Positions 10,233 through 20,500 of a stretch of DNA of 64,000 bases are shown piece by piece. The notes below the pieces were generated by a model. The model saw only the letters and a list, made by a program, of their open reading frames with translations. It was not told where the DNA came from and made no database searches. The translations under genes and the position numbers were made by a program. The stretch comes from a virus (Duplodnaviria > Heunggongvirae > Uroviricota > Caudoviricetes). Numbering within the stretch: the first letter of the stretch is position 1; every line of letters begins with the position of its first letter. Location of the stretch: the IMG/VR virus record IMGVR_UViG_3300035034_003552, one strand, 5' to 3'.

Positions 10233-12785
10233 ATGCCTCGCATATCAAAGCTAGATGATGGAACATATAAGATAGTACAGAACAAAGCAGAAAGAGAAAT
10301 AATAGAAAAGATAGAAAAAGAGATTGATGATCGGATAGCTGAAGACTTAAGAATAGAAACCAAGTTTGATGATATCACAGACCAGCTCGACTTTGATATA
10401 ACTCAAGTTAGAAATAATTTACAGCAGTTCATAATAGAACAAAATAATGTAAATGACCAGCTACAAAAAAATATAGATACCGAAGAAGCTCTTCGAAAAG
10501 AGGCTGACAACGAGCTCCAGGTAAATATAGATACCGAAGAGGATGAACGCAAAGCTGAAGATCTCAGACTGAACAATAAATTAGATACTGAAGAAGACGA
10601 AAGAATCTATCAGGATTCCATATTAAGAGACGAGATCCTTCAAGAGCAGGCAGCCAGAATCCAGGAAGATGAAAATCTACTAGAAAAAATAGTAGATGAA
10701 GAAACTGCCAGAATTGCAAAGGATACCGAACTCGAAAATAGGCTGGCCACCGAGGAAGATAAAAGGGCCGCGGAAGACAAGGACATCAGAGAAGCCTTAC
10801 AGTTTGAGATAGATGAACGCAAGCTTGATGTAAAGATACTCAATCAAAGACTTGGTACGGAAATACAGACTCGAACAAGTGAAGATAACCGTATTGATGA
10901 TCGTATAGATACTGAAATAGCAGATAGAACAGAAGAAGATATGATTCTGACCAACATGATAATGGATTTAGATTCTGAACTGCAGACGGAATCTAATACA
11001 AGAGAAGCAGAAGATATTAATTTACAGAACCAGCTTAATACAGAAGCAAATACGAGAGAAACAGAAGTAGCTGACCTACAGCTGCAGTTAGATAACGAAA
11101 AACAAAGTAGGATAGATGAAGATAGTAACTTAAATAAAAGATTAGATGACCACACCACAAACAATAATAGTGAATTTAATAGGGTAGATAAAAGAATTGA
11201 CGATGAAGTAAGAGATAGAAATGCTGATGTAGGTAGTCTACAAACCCAAGTTGATAACTTAGATACAATGCTTTCTGATGAGGAAACAGCTAGATTCAAT
11301 TCTGATAAGGATTTACAGGATGCAATAGATGCAGAGGAAGCCGCAAGAATAGCAGGAGACAATAACCTGCAGAACTCCCTCAATGAATCGATAGATCAAC
11401 TACTGGCGACAGAGTTTTACGGTGTAGGAGAAGAAAACTTAGGTAATATTAACACAAGCACTCATACCCTAAATACTAACCAGCAGGTAATACAGAATAC
11501 TAAATACTTTGTAGTCATGAATCCAGATGGTACAGAAGTTATCGGAGATAGCGGCAACAAGGTAAATATTATAGATGTAAGCGGTAAGACAGTTACTTTT
11601 AGCGAGATACCAAACCAGGAGATTATGCTCCAGTTTGCAATCAAGAAGACATTGGGTACTTTACCGGCAGATGCTTTGATTACCTATGATGTTGTTGGTA
11701 CTAAGTTAGATGCAGACATAACTGAAGTCATAGGAGCTGCCTATTATGATGGACGCAAGAATGTATCAGATAATTTCTCTCTAGATGTGAGAATAGAAAA
11801 TGAAATAGAAGACAGAATAAACGCCGATAACACCCTGCAGTCTAATATCGACTCCGAAGAGGCAGCAAGAATTAGTGCTGATAATACTCTGCAAAATAAT
11901 ATAGATTCAGAAGAGGCGGCCAGAATAGCCGCAGATAACGCATTAGAGCAGACTATAGAAGATGAGGTACAAACAGCAATCACTCAGCTTCAGGCGGATA
12001 TAGCAGCCGAAGAACAGGCGAGGATAGAAGCTGATGCAGCGCTTCAAGAAACCATAGACAACGATATCCAAATTGCTATTTCTCAAATCCAGGATGAGAT
12101 AGCGGCGGAAACAGCAGCCAGGCAGCAGCAAATAGCCGATCTACAGGAACAGATAGATAATGACATCCAGACTGCTATTGACCAGATGCAGTCAGATTTG
12201 GACAGCGAAAAAACAGCAAGACAGAATGCAGATGATGACCTACAATCTCAAATAGATACTATTAATACTGATGTAGCTTCAAAATTTGATGACTTATATG
12301 ATGACTTCTACGCCCATCATCACGGTAGTGAATATGTAAATCAAGATGGAGACCAGATGACTGGAGATTTAAGTTTCTCTTCGGGTATGGGAATCAAGTG
12401 GTCAGAGAATACTGATGGAGCCGATATCAGATTTAATAGCACAAGTGACAGCGCGCAGCAGTCCAACCTTGAATTTAGAGTCAGAGACAATATGGACGAA
12501 GGCTTTAAGTTTATAGCCCGCGATAACGATCCTGTATCTGAATTACAATTATTATATTTAAATAGTGATAACTTCGACTACAGAGGTCATGAGATATGGC
12601 ATGCAGGAAATGATGGCCACAATTCTGGCCTTAATGCAGACTTGGTCGACGGAGAACACAGCCAAGAATTAAAAGATAATGCTCGTAAGCAGACTAATGA
12701 ATTAAGAGTAGAGACCAGAACATCAGATCCTACTGATCCAGAGGTGGGTAGAATATGGTTAAGAACAGACTTAGTACCAGAGTAA
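10233..12785 (+). CDS. Long coiled-coil tail fiber protein with heptad-like peptide repeats and a conserved fiber C-terminal region.
   Basis: SD 'aaaggag'. About 600 aa of 'IDTEEA.R.EADN.LQ' / 'AARIAADNxLQxxIDSEE' repeats. 'YAHHHGSEYVNQDGDQMTGDLSF' is a motif shared with the downstream fibers ('GDTMSGSLTI', 'GDTMRGKL'). Confidence 0.7.
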   Translation: MPRISKLDDGTYKIVQNKAEREIIEKIEKEIDDRIAEDLRIETKFDDITDQLDFDITQVRNNLQQFIIEQNNVNDQLQKNIDTEEALRKEADNELQVNIDTEEDERKAEDLRLNNKLDTEEDERIYQDSILRDEILQEQAARIQEDENLLEKIVDEETARIAKDTELENRLATEEDKRAAEDKDIREALQFEIDERKLDVKILNQRLGTEIQTRTSEDNRIDDRIDTEIADRTEEDMILTNMIMDLDSELQTESNTREAEDINLQNQLNTEANTRETEVADLQLQLDNEKQSRIDEDSNLNKRLDDHTTNNNSEFNRVDKRIDDEVRDRNADVGSLQTQVDNLDTMLSDEETARFNSDKDLQDAIDAEEAARIAGDNNLQNSLNESIDQLLATEFYGVGEENLGNINTSTHTLNTNQQVIQNTKYFVVMNPDGTEVIGDSGNKVNIIDVSGKTVTFSEIPNQEIMLQFAIKKTLGTLPADALITYDVVGTKLDADITEVIGAAYYDGRKNVSDNFSLDVRIENEIEDRINADNTLQSNIDSEEAARISADNTLQNNIDSEEAARIAADNALEQTIEDEVQTAITQLQADIAAEEQARIEADAALQETIDNDIQIAISQIQDEIAAETAARQQQIADLQEQIDNDIQTAIDQMQSDLDSEKTARQNADDDLQSQIDTINTDVASKFDDLYDDFYAHHHGSEYVNQDGDQMTGDLSFSSGMGIKWSENTDGADIRFNSTSDSAQQSNLEFRVRDNMDEGFKFIARDNDPVSELQLLYLNSDNFDYRGHEIWHAGNDGHNSGLNADLVDGEHSQELKDNARKQTNELRVETRTSDPTDPEVGRIWLRTDLVPE
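11800..12260 (+). repeat. Imperfect tandem DNA repeats of about 57-63 nt that encode the coiled-coil peptide repeats of the 10233 fiber gene.
   Basis: Peptide series 'ADNTLQSNIDSEEAARIS / ADNTLQNNIDSEEAARIA / ADNALEQTIEDEVQTAITQLQADIAAEEQARIE...' read directly from the sequence. Confidence 0.6.
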
Positions 12786-12801
12786 TGGAGGTGAGTTGTA
12801 A

Positions 12802-15800
12802 ATGGCAGGACAAAAAATAGTATATGACTATTATAGGGAAAGAAGAGGGAGCTGGTACTGGCCAACATCAAACTTAAGAGAATGGTTAAACAGTGATCAA
12901 AACAATGTAGGATATACTAATAATCCTCCAAATAGTAGCAATCTCGGATCTGATAGTTACGCAGATGAAGCCGGGTTTTTAACTAATTTCACAGCAGCAG
13001 AAAGAAATGCTATAGCAGTTACGAGGCATAGATCCTATTTAAGAGGGGTAGACAACGCAGTCAAAGATGGTGGACATAAGGACGCCGACTTAAGCGGTTA
13101 TTATTACAGTACCCCATTTATAAATTATTATTCTCCAGATGTCGAAGATAATTGGACTAGTTATAACTATAAAATAGTTGATGACAAAGTATTCTTATTT
13201 TCCCAGCCCGAGCTGCATCATTACGTCCAGAGCAGAGACTACTCAATTAAAAAACCTCCATCTCAATATATAAGAAATAAATACAATATATCCTCCGATT
13301 ATATGAGATACTTTGCAGAAAGCGGAACTCACTATGATAGATTATTCTCGATAAGCAGCAATGGAGAAAGTACACAGGCAATCCCATCAACCGATCAGGG
13401 GATAGTTCCTGCCCTCCACCTTAAACCTGGATACACATTAGATAACGGAAAACAAGTATCTAATTTAGATGTAGGAGAAGAAGTTATATTTGGTAATTAC
13501 GGGGGGCACCAGATAAAATGGAAGGTTGTTAATAAAACCAACAGCAATTACGCCCTGTTATGGGCAAAGGAAGTAGTAACTCTTAAGGCTTTTGATGCTC
13601 CCAATGATGATTTTTCCTGGGAATTTTCAGATTATATAAATTTTAGTAATTATGACGTAGATATAATAAACGATCTACAGAAATGGTATCCCACAAATGA
13701 TAAAACTCTCCCAAGGCTTTATTTAACGAATGAAGATGATCTAAATTCAAGACAGGATGGCGGCTGGACTTTAAAGCTACAGGCGGATGGTACAGGGTCT
13801 GGAATAGAAAAAATAGTGCTACCAGACGGATCGGAAGTATATAACGATTACGCCGAGTATTATATTACTGAAAATAAAAGATACTTTATAAAAGTTATTG
13901 ATAATGGAGGCAATAGAAATAATCTAACAATACCTGTGAGTAATATAAATCCACCCTCATCGGTAAATATAAATTCTTCCTCTGATGGCTGGACTAATTC
14001 TCCAGTAAATATAGAAATAAAAGCATCAAACGATATAGATGATTTTTATAGAGCAGTGATAAATCCATCAGCAAAAGGAAGCTATACTGGTCCTGAGTTC
14101 CCGGACTCTATTTCTTATGTAGGAAAGAGATTTAAGATAAGTGGATATATGGAAACATTGGATTATAGCATAGACCCTGGTAATCTAACTGCTGGAGTTG
14201 GTTTTTCTTACAATACAAGAAGAAAAATTGGAGATGGATACGATATTACAAAAACCTGGCCCAGACAGGTAAGTTTCAGGTTAAAAGATATGTATCAATC
14301 AAAAAAATACTTTGAATATGAGTATACTATTGATGGTAATTTTTCCAGTAGTCTAAAACCATTTTTTCACGTTACCAATAGCTATCATCTTTACGATTTC
14401 ACCGTCCAGTACACAGATGTTAAATACGAACTTCTTGATAAAAGTGATTTCGGGATAAACTACATTAAACTACCAAATGGTCAGAAAATATACCAAGATA
14501 CTTATACTACTACTATAACAGAAGAAGGTAGTTACACTTTTGAGGTAATGGATAACAGAGGAGTAACAACCTCCAGAACAATAGATGTCTTAATAGAAAC
14601 TAATGCTCCTGATTTAAGTATCAGTCAGGAAATAACAGAAAAAACAAATCAAAGTTACGACTTAATAGTAAACGCCTCCGATAGTGAAAGTGGTGTAAAA
14701 AGGATACTACAACCCAATGGTGAGTGGGTAAATTCAAACTCATTAACTTATAATATTTACCAGAATGGCACCTATCAGTTTACGGCTGAAGATAATGCCG
14801 GCAACAGAAAAGCTAAATCAATAACAGTATCGAATATAGATAAAAAAAGGCCAATAGATCCAAATATACATGTTTCAGGTAAGGGAGAACATCACGTTAG
14901 TTTAGCATGGACTGCTGAAGATGAAGATTCTGAAATAGAAACTATTAAACTCTACTTTCAGAAATCAAATAGTTCTGGTGATTATCTGAGGGATGTTGAC
15001 ATAGACGGTGATGGCAATACTGAATATGATATCAATGTAAATGGATTAAGCTCCTACACGATAAATAACTTAGAAGACTATTCATATTACAGATATTATC
15101 TTAGAGTTATAGACTCACTTGGTAATGTTAGAAACGACGGTTACTACACGGTTCAGACCTCGGATACCACTCCTCCAACAATAGATATCACATCTCATAG
15201 CGATAACAGCGATATAGGATACATCAGTGGCAATCAACTTACTATAAGCGGAACAGCCGCTGATAACGGCGAAATCGATAGAATAATCCTAAATGCTTCG
15301 GGCGCGGTCACGCTCAATGATTTAGTAATAGATGATAGTTCACCTGAGAGCTGGTCTTATACAAGAAGTTATCCAGAAGGACACACCAGATTAGAAGTTA
15401 AAGCAATAGATGAAGCCGGCAACCAATCCGACACTAAGTATGTCGAGTTCGATGTGGATACTGAAGCTCCAGAAATCACCTGGAACAATCACACCGACCA
15501 CAGCTGGCGCAATACCGTACCAGATGTTCACACTAACAATATAGATACCAACTCTGGCATCCATAGTTCGAAACTTGCAGTAACTTCAAGTACGACAAAA
15601 CCTTCAAACTGGGTCGTCGATGATAGCCCAGGAGAAACACACTTCATTAATAGGTTAAAAAATAAGCCAGACGGAGAATGGTACTGTCATATTGAAATTA
15701 CAGACGAAAACGGTAACAGTACTTACGAATACGATGGCCCTTATAAAATAGATAGAACTAAACCTTCCCACATAAATCATGCAATAACTGAGGAAGATTT

Positions 15801-17130
15801 CAAAAGAGACGAGAACTACTATATAAAACCCGGCAATACTTTAAAGGTAGAAATAGAAGGTAGTGACAATAAATTACTAACTCATAACCACCTCACGATA
15901 AGTGATGAAGTAAATATAAGTAGCATACATAACCTAGAAGATAATTCATTTACCGAATATAGTTCTGGTCAGTATGCGAAAATAGTTTCAGCAACCAAAA
16001 AAGATGACAACACGACAGTGTTTGAGGTAAAAATAAATAATGATTGTCCTAACGGAAAATCTTATTCAGTTAGTGGTTCCCATAAAGACGCTGCTGATAA
16101 TATCACAGACTTCACAACAGGTATGAATATTATAGTAGATGGCCAAAAAGCAGAGCTAATAAACTGGGAAGTTAAAAATTATGGTTATTATGATGGAAAT
16201 ATATACTGGGGTAAAGCTAACGAAGATATAGTATTAAATCTTGACAGTTATGACGACACAAGCGGTGCAGGAACAGCTTATATTGAACTTGTTAACAAAG
16301 AGACAGGCGACACAGAGAACGCCCTGTATAAACGTAATAACGGCTACCTACACGGTGATAGATATGATAGTAATACAGATATAATAAACGGCAGACTCAT
16401 AACTTCTGATAATAAAAGTATGGAAGTTGAGTTTGATATTAAATTAGGAGAAGAAAAAACAATTTATGATGTAATCCAGTCTTCTAATGATAACGCAGGG
16501 AATATAATGAGCCCCAGTATGCTAGATAAGGATATAGGAATTGACATAAACCCTCCTGCAATAGAGGTTAGCCCAGAAACAGTAATGTATAAGCCAAACA
16601 TAATAGAGGTTGACCTAAGTATAACAGATCCAGATTCTGGAGTTAATAAAGTTGAATATAAGTTCGACAATAGTACTTACTATAGTGATGATAACTTAAG
16701 AGAGACATCAAGTGACGATACGATCTATGTTGAAGCTCCAGGGGAATGGTACCTACACATAAAGGCAGAAGATAATGTAGGCAATACATCAAGAAGAACG
16801 TTTGGTCCTTATATCAATTACTCTGATCCTGAGCAGTATGTAAAAATAGGCAGAGCAGACGGAGAACAGTCAATACCATTATATAAACTGAATGAAAGAA
16901 TAGATAATAGATTTAGAATAAAACATAAGAACGAAGTACTCTGCATGGGATTAGTGGATCCAGATGATAAAAGAGCAACAAGTATAAGAATTAGAATGGA
17001 AGATAGAATATACGCGATAGAAGGCAATAACGAAGTATTTAGATTTTCTGAGTATTACGGTGTTTCGACATTCAACAAATACCACGGATTTGGATACGGA
17101 CAATTTAGACCACCAGAAGATATAGACTAG
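12802..17130 (+). CDS. Giant (1442 aa) Ig-like repeat protein; tail or host-recognition structural protein.
   Basis: SD 'aatggaggtg'. Multiple about 90-aa modules ending in the xDxAGNxS motif ('TAEDNAGNRKAKSITVSNIDKKRP', 'VKAIDEAGNQSDTKYVEFDVDTEAPEI', 'IKAEDNVGNTSRRTFGPY', 'SSNDNAGNIMSP'). Confidence 0.7.
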   Translation: MAGQKIVYDYYRERRGSWYWPTSNLREWLNSDQNNVGYTNNPPNSSNLGSDSYADEAGFLTNFTAAERNAIAVTRHRSYLRGVDNAVKDGGHKDADLSGYYYSTPFINYYSPDVEDNWTSYNYKIVDDKVFLFSQPELHHYVQSRDYSIKKPPSQYIRNKYNISSDYMRYFAESGTHYDRLFSISSNGESTQAIPSTDQGIVPALHLKPGYTLDNGKQVSNLDVGEEVIFGNYGGHQIKWKVVNKTNSNYALLWAKEVVTLKAFDAPNDDFSWEFSDYINFSNYDVDIINDLQKWYPTNDKTLPRLYLTNEDDLNSRQDGGWTLKLQADGTGSGIEKIVLPDGSEVYNDYAEYYITENKRYFIKVIDNGGNRNNLTIPVSNINPPSSVNINSSSDGWTNSPVNIEIKASNDIDDFYRAVINPSAKGSYTGPEFPDSISYVGKRFKISGYMETLDYSIDPGNLTAGVGFSYNTRRKIGDGYDITKTWPRQVSFRLKDMYQSKKYFEYEYTIDGNFSSSLKPFFHVTNSYHLYDFTVQYTDVKYELLDKSDFGINYIKLPNGQKIYQDTYTTTITEEGSYTFEVMDNRGVTTSRTIDVLIETNAPDLSISQEITEKTNQSYDLIVNASDSESGVKRILQPNGEWVNSNSLTYNIYQNGTYQFTAEDNAGNRKAKSITVSNIDKKRPIDPNIHVSGKGEHHVSLAWTAEDEDSEIETIKLYFQKSNSSGDYLRDVDIDGDGNTEYDINVNGLSSYTINNLEDYSYYRYYLRVIDSLGNVRNDGYYTVQTSDTTPPTIDITSHSDNSDIGYISGNQLTISGTAADNGEIDRIILNASGAVTLNDLVIDDSSPESWSYTRSYPEGHTRLEVKAIDEAGNQSDTKYVEFDVDTEAPEITWNNHTDHSWRNTVPDVHTNNIDTNSGIHSSKLAVTSSTTKPSNWVVDDSPGETHFINRLKNKPDGEWYCHIEITDENGNSTYEYDGPYKIDRTKPSHINHAITEEDFKRDENYYIKPGNTLKVEIEGSDNKLLTHNHLTISDEVNISSIHNLEDNSFTEYSSGQYAKIVSATKKDDNTTVFEVKINNDCPNGKSYSVSGSHKDAADNITDFTTGMNIIVDGQKAELINWEVKNYGYYDGNIYWGKANEDIVLNLDSYDDTSGAGTAYIELVNKETGDTENALYKRNNGYLHGDRYDSNTDIINGRLITSDNKSMEVEFDIKLGEEKTIYDVIQSSNDNAGNIMSPSMLDKDIGIDINPPAIEVSPETVMYKPNIIEVDLSITDPDSGVNKVEYKFDNSTYYSDDNLRETSSDDTIYVEAPGEWYLHIKAEDNVGNTSRRTFGPYINYSDPEQYVKIGRADGEQSIPLYKLNERIDNRFRIKHKNEVLCMGLVDPDDKRATSIRIRMEDRIYAIEGNNEVFRFSEYYGVSTFNKYHGFGYGQFRPPEDID

Positions 17131-17139
17131 GAGGAAATA

Positions 17140-17502
17140 ATGAGTATATTAACTAATACACCTGACTGGAGTGCGCAATCAGATAGAGTAATAGAACCAG
17201 ATTCAGCAAAGAAGTCAGCTGGGTGGCGGCTTGGAGAGGAGCCCCCTCCTGGTTACTTTAACTGGTTCTGGAATATAGTATCAGATTCACTTAGTATTTT
17301 AGACACACATAATCATGATAGCAGATATTACACTAAAAATCACTTCGATTCACATGACCACGACGATAAGTATTATACTAAAGACGATGTTAATAGCATG
17401 CTTGGTTCGACATATATTGAAAGTCCAACAGTTGGTAATATTATAGTTTCAGATACAGAACCAGTTAACGCAAATGAGAACGACATCTGGGTAAAGGTAT
17501 AA
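17140..17502 (+). CDS. Short fiber-adaptor protein: conserved N-terminal 'GWRLGEEPPPGYFNWFW' motif plus two HxHDxRYYTK repeats.
   Basis: SD 'aggagg'. The motif is shared with the 21336, 22686 and 23529 genes. 'THNHDSRYYTKNHFDSHDHDDKYYTKDD'. Confidence 0.7.
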   Translation: MSILTNTPDWSAQSDRVIEPDSAKKSAGWRLGEEPPPGYFNWFWNIVSDSLSILDTHNHDSRYYTKNHFDSHDHDDKYYTKDDVNSMLGSTYIESPTVGNIIVSDTEPVNANENDIWVKV

Positions 17503-17515
17503 AGGAGGTACTAAA

Positions 17516-20500
17516 TTGGCTTATATAACACCAAATAAAGAACCAGGCATATATATGGATCCATTTACTGTTGTCTTTAGTGTTGACAGTAGTGTAGCCA
17601 ACATAGCCTCTACAGATGATGGGAGTAATCCTACGATAGCGAAATATATCGCTTATGATAATCTTAATCCTCCCAATCCTTTCATAGCAACAGTACAGGA
17701 TGGAAGAGGTAATGTATTATTCGACGGTGGATTCCCTAAATATTACAATCATCGCTGCAATACTTCTTGGAATTCGTTCTCTGATCTAAATAACACTTTC
17801 AAATACTTCTATAATGCCCTGGACTGGATAGCGAATGATGACAAAGTAGCCGAGGGTAACCGCAAGATATTATTCTTAGGAGATGCTATCCCCGGGGAAA
17901 GTTATAATATAAAACAAACCGGTGGCAGTGATTTCAAAACCTCAATAGAAACTATGTGTAGGATCGGCAACTGGGATCCTACCTACAAAGTAAGAACAGA
18001 TTTTAGCGGCAACCAGATAGATTTAAGTTATGCTGATTTAGAACCTTATGCGGCAGTATTTTTAATGTCGAGCAGGCACACAAGTAATAAATACATCACA
18101 GATAATACCGTGAATAATATACTTGCTTTCAGAGAAGCAGGTAATGGTATGTTTATCATAACAGACCATGGTTCAAGTGCTAATACTGGTTTCTATAAAA
18201 CAGCTAATTATATAGCAGAAGAACTTGGAGCTTATTTTATAGGAGATTATGACAGATCCCCGGTAAATGTTGGATACTTAATAGATAATTACGGAAACCA
18301 TCCTCTTTGGAACGGAATGGCCAGAAGTGATTCTATTTCAGCAGGAGGATCTGAATCAGAAATAATTGTAGATGAAACGCCGACCACTACAACTGCTGAC
18401 TCACTAACAGTAAATGAGCAGGGATTTAAGACAGCAAGATTCTTAATCGAATTAGACAGCGGAGAAAAAGTATTTGAAACTTATTCCTACGGACTTAATG
18501 CTGGTGATCCTGTAACTATCCACAATGATTTAGAAAATGGAGTAGAAAAGATAGGCTTTGGAAGAACGATTGATTTAGAATTCACAATAAACTTAGGAAT
18601 AATGGATAGTGCAAGTGGGCTTGTAAAAAGAAACAGTGATGTTTTAGCTCAGTGGTCAAAAGACAGCAGCAATAGAACAACAGAATGGTTCACGGATAGC
18701 GGTAATAATACGATCAAGGTAGATAATGGGGACAACATAGAAATAGAAATGCAGAATCCAGTATATTATTCCGAGTCTTTTACTGTAAATGCAGCCCCAA
18801 GAGATTCAAGTGCTATTAGTATAAATCTTAAAGATAAACGAAGTGAATATATATCAGTTGACTGGACATATAACAATAGAATAGAACTTGACTATCTAGA
18901 GTTTATCTTTCTCAAAAATGAGGACGGAGGAACCCAGGTAGATATTGACGATGATGGAACGCTCGAAGATAAGATGAACCTAAACAATGCCTCTTCTTAT
19001 AGTGTATCCAATCTTGAACCAGCTACTGAATATAAATACAAATTAAGAGTTTATGATAAAAACGGCGGCAGCCTGGATAGTGATTACTATACTACAAAGA
19101 CTGATGGGGCTTTTAAGGTTAAGATAGACAATAATTTTAAAGTACCTAAAAATATGCTAGTTAAAAAAGACTCTGGATGGGTTAAACTAGAGACCTCAAT
19201 AAAAAGAGATGGTAATTTTAAAGAACTTGATACCGGTAACACAATAAGAACTCAGCTTTTTAATACCGATATGTGGAGTGAATTCTCCAAAGAAGTAAGA
19301 GCTATTCATCTGATAGAAAACGACAGTGACATATACAATACTGAACTGATAGATGTGATTGAAGTTATAGATTTTTACGGCGGGACAGCAGAACTTGTAA
19401 AGAGCGACTCACTTGTGGAAACTTATGTAGACTTTACAAGTACAGATGGCCCGGGCCAGCCGGCAGGATTTACCTATATGGTAGAAAACGCTGAAGGCAA
19501 AAAACATATTGGCCACTGTCAGTTGGATATAACCGAACCGCCCACACTTGTTGCTAATGATGATTCTTTCGATATATATGAAGGTGGGTTTATTAACATT
19601 TACAAATCACAGATGCTTGATAATGATTACGATGAAGGCGGAAATGGCCCCATAGAAATAATAGGATTTTCTGATGTAACAGGAGGATCACTAACAGAGT
19701 ATGATAACTACGTAAGATTTGATGTAACAAGCCTGGTAGGTGAAGCCGCTGAGTTTAAGTACACCATAACAAATACTATAGGTCTTGAAACTACAGCTTA
19801 TGTAAAACTTATAATAAGGAAAGGCCTAATAGCAGGTACAGATACCATCGAAGCCTATAAGGATATAGAAAAGACAATACCACTTTCCACTCTTGATGTT
19901 GAGGATATATCAGAAAACCCTCCCGTAATTTTAACTGGTTTAAGCAATGTCAGTGGCGCAACAGCAACCCATGATGACAGCAGTATTTACATTAAACCTA
20001 CAGATCCAGATGGGACTACTATTTCTTTTAATTACTCAGTTAAAAACGATATAGATCTTACGGATACGGGTACCGTAAGCATAGGCATTCAGCCAACACC
20101 TCAGCTTCAAGCTTCAGATGATACATTTGAGGTTACCCAGGGTAAGGAGCTCATACTTTCCAAGTCTGATCTATCTGATAATGATAGTGATGCTGGAGGA
20201 TTTTATCCCTTAACGGTAACCAATGTTCATAGTCCTATTGGAGGTAATCTCAATGTTAGTGGAGATACCATAACTTTTGAATCAACAGGCTTGGCCGGGG
20301 AAGAAGCTGGCTTTAAATATGATATAAAAAATACTCAGGGGATAACACAGACTGGTAATGTTTATATAACAGTTAATCCACTACCAGCAGTAGAGGCTTT
20401 GGTTTACAACAGCACCGCGGAAACAGAAGCAGTACTTGACCAATACACACCACCAACAATGAAAGATATGTTTGATGACTGGTACAGATTTGCTCATAGC

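Noticed and set aside
10844-11383. 179-aa minus-strand ORF (and 10640..10843, 11744..11983) inside the coiled-coil fiber gene.
   Set aside because: The Ser/Leu-rich antisense translation of the Glu/Asp/Ile-rich repeat region has no start context and is fully overlapped by a well-supported plus-strand gene.
11800-12260. Possible CRISPR array suggested by regularly spaced DNA repeats in 11.8-12.3 kb and 27.8-28.1 kb.
   Set aside because: The repeats are in-frame, imperfect, and encode coiled-coil peptide repeats of the fiber proteins. There are no unique spacers of uniform length and no cas genes.
17516-18200. SGNH/GDSL hydrolase call for the N-terminal ~230 aa of the 1266-aa adhesin ('ILFLGDAIPG', 'GMFIITDHG').
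   Set aside because: Block I has Ala in place of the catalytic Ser (GDA), and the other SGNH blocks could not be placed convincingly. The motif evidence is too weak to assert an esterase domain.
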